Part shown: in pieces, positions 39,266 through 53,649 of the stretch
Layout of the letters: every line of letters begins with the position of its first letter
How positions within the stretch are numbered: the stretch's first letter is position 1
Source: Chrysomallon squamiferum
Lineage: Eukaryota > Animalia > Mollusca
DNA length: 64,000 nucleotides
Direction: 5' to 3'
Assembly: GCA_012295275.1 (NCBI GenBank)
Contig: CM022679.1
Coordinates: 13,206,001 to 13,270,000 of the forward strand
Position numbers and translations under genes: made by a program
Notes under the pieces: model-generated
The model's database searches: none
What the model was told of the DNA's origin: nothing
The model's input: the letters and a program-made list of their open reading frames with translations, nothing else

Positions 39266-40885
39266 TAGTCAAGTGGTAGAGGTTAGACAGATACGGGTGA
39301 GGTAACCCTAACAGAAACCTCGAGTGCTGAAGTCAGAAGTATTAGACCGTATGGCGCACTCTGAAAGACCACAATATTATACATCAACAGCTATTGTGAT
39401 TCCATTTCTGGACAATAATCACGTGATAGGTGCTCGCCCTATGATGACTCACTAGGCAGGTGCATCACCGGGGTTTCTCATCTCGAGGGAGCCCATCTTC
39501 AACTACTGAAAATCCTTCCCGATCGTCTCGACGAGCCAAGAAAACGAGGACACAAGAATAACCAAAAAGAACAACAACAACAACAACAAAACAACACCAT
39601 TATCAACATAATGCACTGGATGGTGAGGGAGTTTCAAACAAGAAGACAGAGCTTCAACACTTTATGCATGAAAACCAGATCGATATGTTGCATTTAAGAA
39701 TCTCATCCGAAAGAATCGATGACGTTTAGAGGCGAACAGATTTTCAGAAGCGATCGCAGTGGAAGAACTCTTATTAGGAATAACAGCAATGCTATTGAAA
39801 CTAATACATTTATTAAGGCAACTTGATTCATTGAAGTAAAATTCACAAAAAAAAATGTCTCAGCTTTACATTGTAAATTTTTACTGCTCACATGACAAAG
39901 AACTCTCCTTTGATGATATCCAAACATCAGCCAGCAACTTTATCCATGTTGGGGACTTCAACAACTAATACCAGAGCTGGGGTTATAACAACACTGACAG
40001 AAGAGGAGAGGAGATAGAAAGCTGGAATGATGAAGCAAAAAAACCTTAATCTCATTAACGACCAGCTTGATCAACCAACATTCTATTCCAGGCGTTGGCA
40101 TTCCGTGACCTCCCCTAACTTTTCTTTCTGCGATGTCCATAGAGTCACACTAATCAAGAAGTAAGACCACAGCTAGGAGAAATGACCATCGACCAGTCCT
40201 CTTAACCTTAAGTGATAGCAAAATCCATTCAGTTTCACAGCCTCCAAGGTGGAACTACAAGAAAGCCAAATGGGAACTTTTCAAGCATTGCATGAATGAA
40301 CTGACCAAAGATACTGAACTCCAGGTAGGGATCACAGACACTGCAATGAAAGAATTCAAAGAAAAATGGCACACGATAAACTGACCCGCGTAAGGAGCCA
40401 AAACAACAATCTAAAGCTTCAGCATGCTAAAGCCATATATCTGAGAAGCAATTTAGAATCCAAACGAAAATCCAAACGTTGACAAGGACAGCATCAAATT
40501 ATGGAAACTTACAAAACAAATAAATGAGGAAGAATCCCATGGACAAAATATTATTCTAATGGACAGAAGATCATTCTAAGGGAGAATGGAAATAGACTCA
40601 CAGATAGGAAATCTGTTGGCCTTTAAGCAAAGACCAGTGCCATGCAACTCATATGAAAGAAGCACGAAGGGAACAAAAGACACAGAAACATCGCAAGATT
40701 CCATGACAAATAGTATAATTTTACCAGATCATGAAAATGTTCTCAAACATCTGGAGAGGAATAGTGATCCATACAAACAAGCCATAAAACTGGCCAAGAT
40801 TGACATCATGGACACAGGTATATATATACTCATGGATCTGCAGAAAATGCAGTGGAAAATGGAGAGGCTGGAATATACATACAGG
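39186..40885 (+). mobile_element. Decayed non-LTR retrotransposon (I/Ingi/Nimb-like): APE endonuclease and RNase H remnants, RT missing
   Basis: Broken frames give IMHW..GVSNKKTELQHF..IDICC..ES, VGDFN, WGY..TDRRGEEIESW, PTFYSRRW, DHRPV, PRWNYKKAKW, and near 40830 YTHGSAENAVENGEAGIYI (RNase H start). Confidence 0.85.
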
Positions 40886-40964
<79 letters not shown>

Positions 40965-41032
40965 TGAATTGTAACAACCAAATAACAATTGCGATAACAA
41001 CAACAATTATAGCAGTAACAACAAAAGTAGTA

Positions 41033-41084
<52 letters not shown>

Positions 41085-41180
41085 CCACAATAACAACAAT
41101 AATAATAACAGTAACAATATGACAACATCATTAATAATCATGACAACAACAACAATAATAATATCAGCAACAAATATCAC
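40886..41180. repeat. Compound (AAC)n/(AAT)n microsatellite
   Basis: Directly visible; explains the low-complexity ORFs here. Confidence 0.95.
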
Positions 41181-41812
41181 AACAATAAGATAATAATACA
41201 TACGTATGTCACTCCTTCTTACAAACAAAATGTATGATTTTTTTTCTTTCTGGACTGCTTAACTAAGTTGCATATCCACCTGTATGTAATTAAGTATCAA
41301 AGATCGCAACAGATCATATGTTTTATCGTCAGCTACCACTGACCCACACAATTAGTTACTAACTAAATAAATAACATTTTACGAGGTCAGATAGAGATAA
41401 CGGTGTTTACATTGTTTTCACAGATAGACAGGTGAAATATATATTACATACACAGTTTTGTTCTATTTTGAGTATGTAAACTATATAAGCAACAATTTTT
41501 TTAAATATTATTATTATTATTATTATTTTTTTTTTTTTTTTTTTCAAATCCAAGTTTGTATTCACTGATTTATTTGATTAGTAACTTAATCAATTGGTTG
41601 GTTGGTGGATTAGTGAGTCGGTCAGCAGTCACTGGGTTGGTCAATTGGTAGTCTGGTTGACTGATTGGTTGTATTATTATTATTGGTTTTGTTATCACTG
41701 TTATTTTGTTATTACAATTCGTACTGTTACTACTACTACTGCTACTACTGTGGCTGATTGCTTATTTTGTTAGTCAGTCTTGGTCGGTCGACTGGAATAT
41801 CCGCATACACTG

Positions 41813-41850
<38 letters not shown>

Positions 41851-42415
41851 CTTCTTCTTCTTCTTCTCCTTCTTCTTCTTTCTTTCTTTCTTTCTTCTTT
41901 CTTTCTTTCTTTCTTTCTTTTTTATTATTGTATTTTGGCCAGTATGAAAGTCAATGAGTGACGAAATATGCGACCTACGACTGTTTCGCCTTCACGAACA
42001 CACATCTGACAGAGGTCTTGGATTGTAATAAAATCGTAGAAAGTATTACACACATTGTGCGAATTATCTTTGATTTAAATAAATTAACGAGTTTACTAAA
42101 AAAAAAAAAAAAACAATAAACAAAACACTTAAAAAGAATATAAATATGAGATAAGGTGATTACTATACAGTACAGTACATAAAATAAAGAATATGTCCCA
42201 CCTTCGCTCAGTTGGTCAGAACGGTGCGTGGTCTTCAGTCAGCTACAATCTGTGATATAATTTTTAATTATTAATGTGTCTTCTTTTTAGTATAGTTTAG
42301 GTCTTCGAATTGCGTCACATCTCTGCTCCCCTTTTCAGAACTATTTTGTTGAAGTTTCTGTCAATCATCAATCAGTGAAATAGTAGAAATTAAATAACTG
42401 ACTGAAGGGATAATT

Positions 42416-42790
42416 ATTGTTGATCCTGGATTTCACACACCTCGGTTTCCCGGATATTGAGACATCCGGATCAAATCTGGAACAATCTAAAAATTTGAAC
42501 TTACAGCCATTTCCCACTTAAGTTATTCAACAGAGTACATTTTACAGCTGCACCTACACCCATCCTAACTTAATAAATTTCGCCCAGCCCAGTCTGCATT
42601 TTTCTGCTGAACATTTGTTTACATTGTTTTTATGAATCTATATTGTTTTTACATTATTATATTACTGTATTATATAGTTGTTGTGTGTACTAAAGTTTAA
42701 TGTTTCGGTAAATTCCAATTTTCCGGACTTTTGCACGTTTCGGACCGGTGCTCCTCCCCCCTGTTAGTCGAACCAATCAGGGTCAACAGT
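42416..42790. mobile_element. Probable MITE with degenerate terminal inverted repeats
   Basis: Left TGTTGATCCTG versus right CAGGGTCAACA (reverse complement TGTTGACCCTG); internal TCCGGA-rich subterminal motifs. Confidence 0.4.
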
Positions 42791-42804
42791 CCATAATATA
42801 TACG

Positions 42805-42864
<60 letters not shown>

Positions 42865-44758
42865 TAAAACAAAATTGTTACTATTATTTTTTAACAAGGC
42901 TATAATTTTTATGATCTGAGCACAGTAATCCACAAAAGAATATATGTCAGAAATCAGGGCTTAAAACAGTCTTGCATCTAACTCTTAGACTGCTTAAGTC
43001 CGAACTCCAACTTTGACCAGTGTAACTTCGGAAACGTGTAAAATGACTAGCTTGTAAACTGTCACGTTTACGAATGGTTTTCTGTAAATATGGAACAATA
43101 AATAAAATTTGGATGTAGATTACCTTACTAACCTAATTCATCGGGAAACTGATTTTGTAATTACTTTTCGATCATTCTATTGATTAGTGTATTTCATAAC
43201 TGATTTGTGGTTACTTTTTAAAAGATTATATTTATTAGCTATTTTTTTACAAATCACATGGCTAAAATTAAATAATAATAATAATAGTAACGAAGTAAAA
43301 AATACCTCGTTAACTGGTCGCGGTTAAATGCCGTTGCAACAGAATTAGATTTAAATTTTTATTTTTTTTATTTTATTTTTTTGTTTACATGTGCAAAATA
43401 AATAAAATAATTTTTGAAATGATACTCTCTTTACAATGGGCTTTACATTCACGATTAGTATAAAAGACCGTAGAGGTCGCTCTACATGGCAACGGAAGTA
43501 AATGTGCTAATGAATATTCATGTTAACAATATTCTTTGAAGCAAATAGTGTCCCTTTTAGTTCGACTATTACTCGGAATGATGGAAAAGACCGATTTTCT
43601 GTTATTATGTTTATTATTATCAACTTTAAACATTTTTTATTTATATATTCAATATTCTTATTATAGAATTTAGGGTGATCCCGGAATTAATGCAACAATA
43701 ATACTCAATGATTTTAGAACTACAGTGCAGATACCGGAAAGACCCATGTGCATTTTATTTATGAATATATTTTAACTAAAAGGTTCTACAACAACCCAAA
43801 ACTAATATTATGAAAGCTCTTATAAAACTCTAATAATTACACATTCACACCATATACCACTGTAAATTGTCATTTAGAAATAATGAGGTTCACAACACAA
43901 TTCAGTGATGTAAAGCTTTATTTTCATTAATGCTATAAAATACAATTAATAATCAAGTAGCTGATAAATAAACAAAATATTCTATCACTCATTCAGATTC
44001 TTAATACTCAGATACTTAATTGTACCATTACATTATCTCTATACAACACACTGAATAAGACATCTCAGTGATACAACACAATTTCTTGTTTATTACCTTT
44101 CATTACTTTTTAAATTTTTAATTAATAAATTCTTAATCATGAGGAAATAAACAACAGCTTCATTTTTTTGTACATTTCATTTGTTTCCTATATGAATTGT
44201 GTATGTAACAGAAACAAATAAATAGATATTTAGATCAGCCCTATATCAAAACCAAATTAGTTTTACATAAGTTAGAGCCAGTGTTTCTCAAAGTGGGTTC
44301 AGCACAATAAACTATCATTAATTTTGTGTCCAGTTTCAGATAAATAAACCATATACATTCAGAATTTATAGGTTCAAGATTTAAAAAATTCAAATTCCAT
44401 TTCCCAGTATATTTTTTTAGTCTTACTGAGAATGTACATCTATCAAATGTGATAAAATCAACCTAAAATAAAAACAAATATGCATAAAAAAATATACTGA
44501 ATTTATAAAAAATAATTAATTTAAATGTTTAATTTACTCTTGCTTCCCTATTCTTTTCCAGATTTCTTTTTGATGTATTAAAAGAAGTTGAAATTTTTTA
44601 ATCAACTATAAGAATAAAATTTTTGTTAACAATACTGTTTTATAGTGTTTACTTGCTTTTAATAGTTTTTTTCAAAGCTTTTAGGTCTTTAGATAAAGCA
44701 ATTTTTTTCACTCTGTCTATACGGATTCAGTGAATACAAAGTATTTGAGAAATGCTAA

Positions 44759-45800
44759 TTAACAGGACATTAATACAGATAGTAAATAAAAAATTTCTGA
44801 GGAAATTAATGGTACCACAGTGTAAAAATTATGCACACAAATTTTCCCCAAAGGTTTCTCTGTGAGATGTTTGCACATACATGAAATGCTATGACACTGC
44901 ATTCCATCCAACTGCTCCTCTGTCATAGTGGCTAGATGTGGTATTCTCTTTATAACTGGAGGTTTCTGTGTCAAGTCAGTCAAATTGTCTTGCAGATATT
45001 TCCTCAGTTGTAAAGCACTTTGATGTGTGAGAAATTGGCACAACATATATTAACTCCATGGCACTCTGAAACCAATTCATTTCAGTTAGTAATATCAACA
45101 TTCTGATATCAAAATATAATCTCTAAAAATCTCTATGTTTAGTAAGTATTTACTTCATTGCTATATTATATAGATTTACATTATAAGCAGCATGAATCCA
45201 ATTGTTCACAGAAGTTTGCCTCAGATTCCTTTCTGTATATTTTGGTTTTTACCACACATTACTGATGTCTGTTATTTAAATTAGAAACAGCTAAAATCGT
45301 GTTAAATCTGGAACATGCAAATTAAGTACATGAATAGAATGCAATGTATTCTTAACTTACAAATTTGCAATATCTTCTGTTTCAACTTGTCATTCATTGC
45401 TTAGTATGTCTTTGATGTTCCTGGTTATCCTCATCTGACACAAAGATTATCATTTTCATTACATAATTCCAATATAGTTAATAAGTTTTAAAAATAAAAC
45501 TGACTTGGTAGTTCATCTGACCAGTAAGCTATGTTAATGGGTCACTGCTATTATGTATATGTCACACACACACACACACACACTATTGCCTTACATATAT
45601 TTGTAGGCAACACCTTTTTAATTTTTTACTGTTTTTGTTTTTTATTTTATATATTTGATTATTTTAATTATTTACAAATCAAACAAACAATAGTTTATAT
45701 ATTATTTGTCGCATAGAACATGATGTGATGGGAGCATGAACACATTCACTGGGACGGAAGTAGTCCATGAATATTCAGTTGTAACACGTCTGGTATTATT
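44759..45800 (-). other. Possible spliced transcript divergent from the 46261 gene, with a 95-aa ORF (45046-44759)
   Basis: Exon-like blocks with acceptors near 45437, 45310 and 45067, a GTAAGT donor near 45360, and ETS/YY1-like motifs at 45755-45812; product unrecognised. Confidence 0.3.
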
Positions 45801-46260
45801 TAGAATGGCGGGAATATATATATTTTTTCCCCCATTGGTCTAAATCTTCGAATTTTCTTTGTCCATATTATGGATATGGCTATGATACAGAAGACACTAA
45901 CGATCGTCCGTGAGATTTGTTATGTCTCTGCTAATATAGTAATCAAATGAATGATGGGTATCTGCGCATGAATCACACGAAAACGAGCGTAAACCGTAGA
46001 TCTAATTAGATAATCGTTAACCCGTATCCTAATTTTCAAAGGTTGATAACGTTAGTAGAGTAACATGATAAACTAAGCTTATTTTAAATAATTCTGATTA
46101 TCCCCAGATTTGACTTCCCAAACACTGCTATGAAGGGATTACATTTTTGAAAACGGACGTATTTTAATTTTGAAACAAACGTTGAGTTAGTTGTCTCCCC
46201 TGTTATAATTATTGCCATAGTGACAGCATAAAGGCAGACGAAGTTTTTATTGCGCTAACT

Positions 46261-49200
46261 ATGAATAAAGAAATTCAATCTCAGGAAGGGAATAATCTAA
46301 TAAAACGCCCATCTGTATCTTCTCCAGATATATCTACCAATAGAGAAGAAGTGTTAAAGCAGAAAACAAGACCAGGTCGTAATCATTCAAAACTATATGT
46401 GGACAGGTAACTGATACTGATAGATCATTCAGTCACCATAGGCAATGGCGTCATTATAATGGATCATACATTTTTAATTGTATTCTGTTAAGACATTTTA
46501 AATGGTGATATATAATTTGAAAACGGAGAAGATGAATAAATTATACATTTTTTATTTCTTATTATAATTTTAAAGAAACAGCGACCCCGTCTTTAAAAGT
46601 TTTCATTCGTTCGTTCGTCCTTGATTTATTTATTTATTTATTAAATACTCAGCAGATTACATAATTAATTAAGAACTTTACGATTTTGTGTCCTTTTCAA
46701 TAAGCTTTTAATGTATAATGTAAAGAGTAATTGACAATTAATTCAATAACTAAGTAACAGTATTTTGGGAGAGTTGTAAAGCCGGAGACATAATGGGAAC
46801 AGCAACCACCAAAACCACTTTGCCAGCATTCACAGACTTCGCAATATGTCTGCTGTCCATCAAAGCTGGAAAAATAAAAAAATGAACAATTTTTTTTTAA
46901 ATTCCACTATGATCCATTTATTCAGAAAGTTATTAAGATTTTATTAAATTTATTTAACTTTATTTTCAGAGAATTGCTTCATTTGGCTGAAGGCATAAAT
47001 GCTGAAGATGTGCTGAAGAATAGAAAGGTAATTTGTTTCCGATATTTAGTTAAATGAATAATAATTTCAGACATTAATTAGATAAGCAATATTTATGACT
47101 AATATCAGTTTTAGCTATTATAGAATAAAATATGTTTTTTTGTGTGTTTTTTTTTGCCATACAAAATTGGTCAACATTAAAATATACATATATTTATGTT
47201 ATTATTATTATTTATTATTATTAAATTGGTGTGTTTTCAGGATGAAGGTGATGCCAATTTCTTCAAGCACAATGGTGAGAGTTTTACATGGATATTATGA
47301 TTATCATCATTAAAAAAAAAAATTCATATTTAGAAATCCAAATAACCTTTATAAGGCCGAATCTTTTAACAAATAATTTAGTTTGCAAATTATATTTACT
47401 ATTTTATATGGATTATAAATATGATATATATGGATAAATTGCTATATTTAATTTATATATTTTTGCATTCTGTTACAGAAAAAGAATATTTCGGATATCC
47501 TGTGAAAGCCAGAAGTGAAAATGTTTTATCACTCGATGGCTTTACTTCCGATTATAATTTATATTCACAAATATTTGTATGTATCAGTTTTTAAATTTAC
47601 ATTTGTTTATTATCAACTTAATTCTCACATAATTTATTTTTAAACTACTAGTTTAGTTAAATTTATTACTTACAGTCAATGTAACAGTAAACACATTAAA
47701 TATTGTTTCATTTACTTGATATTTTTGGTCATAATGGCCAATATTTTTTTCTTCAAATTGTGAAGTGTAGGTCTGATCTTTCAGTATAATTATATTAATT
47801 CATGTAATAAAAACAGCCAATACTTTTGTTTCAGTTGTTAACCATTTCACATCAGTATTAAAGGTTGCAGACTAAATATTAATATTTTCTTCATTGTTGA
47901 TTAAAAAATTACTGAAAAATTAAATTTTTGTTTATTAACAAATCTATTTAGAAAAGAAGAAAAACATGTTTTAATTACAATTAATATATTTTTCTTTATC
48001 AAATAAACAGACAGAGAAAGCAAAATGTGATTTTATTCGTCGAGCACAGGAACTAACTCTGAAAGAGGTAAAATTTTATTGTTGTTTATAATCAGTGTTT
48101 CTTCTTAAGTATTTAATATGATTATTCCACAGATATATGATAAAATAAGATTATCTTCCCTTGTTAAGTAATGTATATATTGGTAATGTGTGTCAAATAT
48201 GTGGTTACATTTTAATTATAAGATTTTTAAAACATTTTTTTTTTTTTAATGAAGATTCAAATGGATCGAAATAAGAAACTGATTAAGTTAGAACAGACTG
48301 AACAAAAACAAGTCGAAGATGGAAATTCCTTCCATATGTTTAAAGAAAAACATATTACAAAGGAACATCCTCCAATGTTTAACATTAAAATAATAATGGA
48401 TGATAATTCTGAGGAAAAGCCCAAGAATGAAAATTTTGAAGCAAAAACATGGAATTCAGAAAAGTCAAAATATTGGCTCATGGATGAACCAGTTACTGCC
48501 TACCCACCTAGCAAATGGACATTTCCAAAGGTGAATATAATTTAATACAAAATAAAAACAAATATGTAATATCACATTTTACTTGCTTCTATTCTGTTAT
48601 CATAAATTTTTACATTTTAATGAGTTTGATGTCCACCCCTAAGAAAAATAATATAAAAGGCAAAAAGTTTCATTATTATTTTGTTATAAGAAATGAAATA
48701 GAAAATGTTTTAAACATCTTCGTTTATTAAACATTTTGCTAATTTAGAATTAAACACATTCATATCCAACTATGCATAAATAAAACATATAATTTATCTT
48801 CAAATTTTATATATTTTTCTGAAATTACTTTTGGTTATCTGGTGTTTACAGAAGTATAATCATTTAAATTTTATAAACAATAAATTATGGAATATGAGAA
48901 AAGCCTTGAACATGAATTCATTTATGATGCACATAATAATGATGAGAAATGGTATAATCATATAGCCATTTCATTTGCCTTTTTATTCTTTTTATCTATT
49001 ATTTCTTTTTTCAAAAGATTAAGTATCAAGTAAATCATTTTTAGATCACTGGTACTGAATAATATTTGTCAGAAATATCAATGTTTATGAAGAACCTTGA
49101 ATGTGTGTGTGTGTGGAAAATCTTACATGAGAGGTTTAACTAATTATATGTTTAAACAATGGTTAAATATTTTATGCAAGATTTGTCGGGTTTTTTTTTT

Positions 49201-52200
49201 TTTGTTGTTGTTTTTAAGGAAAAAATTACTTTAAGTTGGTACAGAATCATCTACTGAAATTAAATGTAGGCCTACTGTACATTTTATTGTTATCCTTGAA
49301 TGTTTAATGATTATTTATATTCATACTCTAAATCATTAAATTTTAACATTATCTTGGTTCTGTTTAAACATTTTTATTTTGCTGTTGTATGTTTTTGAAC
49401 TTATTTGATTATTTTCTTTTGAGTATATGTCTATGGCAGTTATTTTTAGTTGTCAATTTCACCACATGATACAAGTAAAAAGTTAATGTAATTTACTCTA
49501 TTTTCAGGGTGAAATTCTTCAGACCATTTTTGCAGATGGTGCTGGTGATATTTACAGAAAAACGATCCAAGATGAACTAAACATACAAAAAGGCTGGATT
49601 AAAGCAAAGCAGTTGGTAATTAAATATACACTGGTATCTAATGTTTTGGATTCACTTAGATACAATATAGTTTCTTATAGAAATATTCTGAGATAATTAA
49701 AATTTAGTTTTAATACTCTATTAGCAGTTTTAATAATTTGTTGGCTGTTTTAAATAATCTTAGACACATTAAAAATCACACAAACCTTATGTATTAATCA
49801 TAAGTTAAAATTAATATTTAATAATAAAACAGATACAAAGGGAAAAGGAAAATATCTTTTTTACACATGATTAATATATTACTTTTGAATTTTTGAAGGA
49901 TTGTGACGTAATTAAAAGAAAGTTGTGTGAAAAACAAATAAAATTCAGTGAACCAATAAAGGAGGAGATGGCAGGACAGACAGACAAATTTAGGCTTGAT
50001 GTAGGAGAGAAGGATTATGTAAAAGAGGTAAAATTTATATTGTGTTTTAGTGATGTAGTTATTTGCCTGTGTTTATTAGTGATTAAAAGACAAGTATCAA
50101 AATGAAAATGAAATAGTTAAATAAAAAAATCCATCTTTTCAAGAATGCAGAAATTGTGTCACCTCTCAATGCATTAAGAAAACTTTAATAATTTTAAGAG
50201 AGAAGTTATGCATAACTTTGTTGTGTCAGAATTAAAATGTTTGAGATGACCATCTGACTTGAATGATATTTCAGTACTTAAACATCAACAATATACTGAT
50301 GGTTACAAATATAAAATATAACATATAACGTACATACCTTTTATTTATAAGTATTTTTTAACTAATGGAAGTTAATTATTAAATTTAATAACACACCAAA
50401 TCTAAGAATTATTAAATATTGACAGTTATGTTATAAACTTTGTATTATTTCAGACATATTTTTGAAGTCAACAAAATAAACTTTGAAAAGATAGCTAATA
50501 ATTCTTCACATTTTGACAAGCAAAACTGAAAGAACTCTTATTAATAATATCTGTATTTTGTAGATGTCTAAGGATCTTAACCCTGATTACACCACATTCA
50601 TTAAAAGCATCCATGGGCTTGATCAGAAAGTGAAGGAAATAAAAAAACCAGGACCTATGACTAAAACAATGGTAAAAATCAAATAAGAATGTTTAATGTA
50701 AATTGCACATTAATAATAAATTAAAATTATTATCAAAACTGTTGTTTAAAACCTTTACTGAAAATACGAAATATGTGAAAATATCTCCATTCATAGAAAT
50801 ATTATTTGACCGTTTACTAACACATCTTTTATGAAAAAGATTACTTGATTAATTTATAATTAGCTTGTTGATATCATTTCTTTTAATGCAGATGGATTAT
50901 TATGATAAAATTGTAGCTATCAGACATGGTCTAAAGCAGAAGCTAAGTGAAATAAAAGAAAAAGAAAAACAACCAGAAGACGCAAGTGCAGATAAGGTAA
51001 GAGTTAAATAATAAGAAGGGCTTGTTTAAATTGTCTGCATTTTATTAATAAGGTAGATGGTGATTGTTATAATTAGAATTTATTAATCAGACGTGGATTA
51101 AGTATTATTTAATATTAGGTAGTTAACAGACCTAGTTGGAGAGGTCAGTAAGTGCAGTCATTGGTTAACTGATTATTACATTTTTATTTTTTAACTTCCA
51201 ATGTTGTATAGATGGAATAATTTGGTGTTATGGGGGTTTGGTCATTCTTCTTTATATAATAATAGATGTTTTCTTATTTATAAACAGAGATTATATTTAG
51301 TTTGAATCAAATTCATAGCTTTGCATCCAAAGATAAGAATCTTTTTAACAGCTGTTAAAGACAAGTAAGAATGAAAATCCACCCACAAGTAATACTTTTA
51401 ATAATTGTGTTATTTCAGTTCTTCATAAATGAAGAAGAAAAAAGAGCAATGGAGTTTCGTAATGCGTGTGACAGAGATTTTAAAGAAAGACGTGTTTGGC
51501 TTGATCAGCAAATTAGAGATGCCTCCACTAGAATGACTTTGTTTTTCAAGTCAGTACACACTTCTTAACAATTTGATAATTATTTTAAGTGTGTAGTTTG
51601 AGTAAAAATGACACTGCATCCTGAAAATAAATATTTTTTTCAAATGTTAGCACCAATTACAATAAATATTTTAAATGACAGGCAGCTGACAGCAAATGCT
51701 ATCTATCCATAATCCATTTGACATACAACTCTTATTATTATGGCATTAATGCATTGTCATGATACTTGACATGTTTTTTTTAATATTTAATGATAATAAT
51801 TACAAATACTTTATACCTGGTAAATTTGGTGCAGTTACAGCAATTATTAACTGTTAATACAACGTATAATTGTAGATAATTAGCTTACTTATGCAAGTCT
51901 GTTTTCAACAAATTATTGAAAAAATAAATATGATTAAGCTTAAACCTGAACAAGTTTTGTTTATGTCATTTTTTTAGTTATTTTTTTTGAAGTTTATCAA
52001 GGTGACAGTAGATAAAAATAAATGCATCTTTATGAATTTTATTGTCACTATCTTTTGAAATGACACATTTAGTCACAAAAGAATTTCTGGTTATTTAACC
52101 ATTATTCATTAACCTAATACAGTGTACTGATTAACAGTTCTAAAATTTCTTTTTTCTCCTTCTGTTTTCAGATCTTGTGAAGAATCTTGTGCAGAAAGAA

Positions 52201-53649
52201 AGAGACTTTTGTTGGCAAGCAAAAGCAAGACTGATTCTGGACCAACTAAATCTGATGCAGTAAGCAATAACAACTCAGATATTAAATACACCATTGACCC
52301 AGCTGAAGCCAAAAAGATCAAAGACTCACCTGAGGTCAAACATAATGAAGGGAGAGAAATTCTAACAGAAAACAGAAAAAGTAAGAAAAAAAAGAATTTT
52401 CTTATATTGAGAAAAGAAATACGAGAATCACAGATTCTGTTATCAATCGGATTTCAGGATATTTTGATAGAAAACTGGCTAACCTACTGGCTGGAGGTAT
52501 GTCTGATTATAATAAAACACATTTTTTTTTTTTATCACTATTACATTGTGAAAACTGGAACAGTTACAATGAAAAATTCTTAAGATATCTTCTTTTAAAC
52601 CACCATTACTGCTGTTTTTATTATAATGTCATTCATTTTATTCTAGAACACTGATCATGTTTATGTAAAAAGATATATTAAATTAATTGGCTCCAGTTGA
52701 AAGAACAAACATTTAAAGTAGATGAATTGATAGTCCTAAATGTGACAACTCTAATTTTTTGTTACATCTGTTGTACCATTTGTTAAAGTCAGTCTACATC
52801 AACAGAGATCAATCTACTGCTAATATAACACTGGTTTTATATAAATGTTGTTTTTTTTTTTTTTTTTTTAAAATACATTTTAAAGATATAAAAAAAAATA
52901 ATAATAATAAATATTTATCAATCTTTATATTGTCCACAGAAAACAGCTGTGTCACCCCTGAGTCAGAATACAGCAAGGAAATTGTCGAAAACAAAATCAG
53001 CAAAGAAACTGTCACAGAAAACAAAAAAAATTCATATTATGGAAAAAGAAACGGCATCATGACTGCATCAGATATACATCATATTTCATCTTACTTTGAA
53101 AGACAATTGGCTAAACTTTTGACTGGAGGTATACCTGATCATAATAATAATTTAAAAAAAAATAAAAAAATACATTGTATAAGTTTGACCAGTTACAATG
53201 AACAATGTCTACTTTAAAACAACCATCATTGCAGTCTTTATAATAATATCACTTATTTTATTTAGTAACATTCATCAGGTATCAATTAGTGATAAAGTAA
53301 CACAGAAACCACTGAATTTAATTTAATTTTTTATTTTTATTTTGGAAATTTAAAAAAAAAATTCTATAAAGTTGCTTAATGTTAAAAAAATAATAATAAT
53401 AATTGTCAACAAATAACAAACACAAAGGGATAAAACTGTAGCCTGTCTTACTCTAATAGGTCTTGATGTTAATATTTAGTGAACAAAACACAGTACATCT
53501 TCTGACTGATACAGTTATGAATAAGACTGATCTTAGAAACATCTCTAATACATCATTTTATGTATTAACAGTTATTAATCCATTTATTTATTTTTCTCTG
53601 CAATTATTTTATTGTAGATTATGAAGAAGGATATCTGAAGAAATGCTAA
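46261..53649 (+). CDS. Unrecognised multi-exon (~14-15 exons) Lys/Glu-rich protein; apparent 1-nt slips near 50590 and 52390
   Basis: Chain of phase-compatible GT-AG exons from MNKEIQSQEG (46261) through ELLHLAEG, EKEYFGYP, KAKCDFIRRAQE, IQMDRNKK..WTFPK, GEILQTIF, DCDVIKRK, MDYYDKIV, FFINEEEK to DYEEGYLKKC*; the exon near 48852 and the donor near 51550 are uncertain. Confidence 0.7.

Noticed and set aside
40586-41961. ORFs rich in poly-N, I, L or Y (also at 2715, 8668, 14704, 16217, 21896, 35523, 59748)
   Set aside because: Translations of (AAT)n, (AAC)n, (AG)n and (AC)n microsatellites.
43990-45160. Intronic box C/D snoRNAs in the minus-strand transcript
   Set aside because: CTGA motifs occur, but there is no proper RTGATGA box C or terminal stem; one CTGA overlaps a likely branch point.
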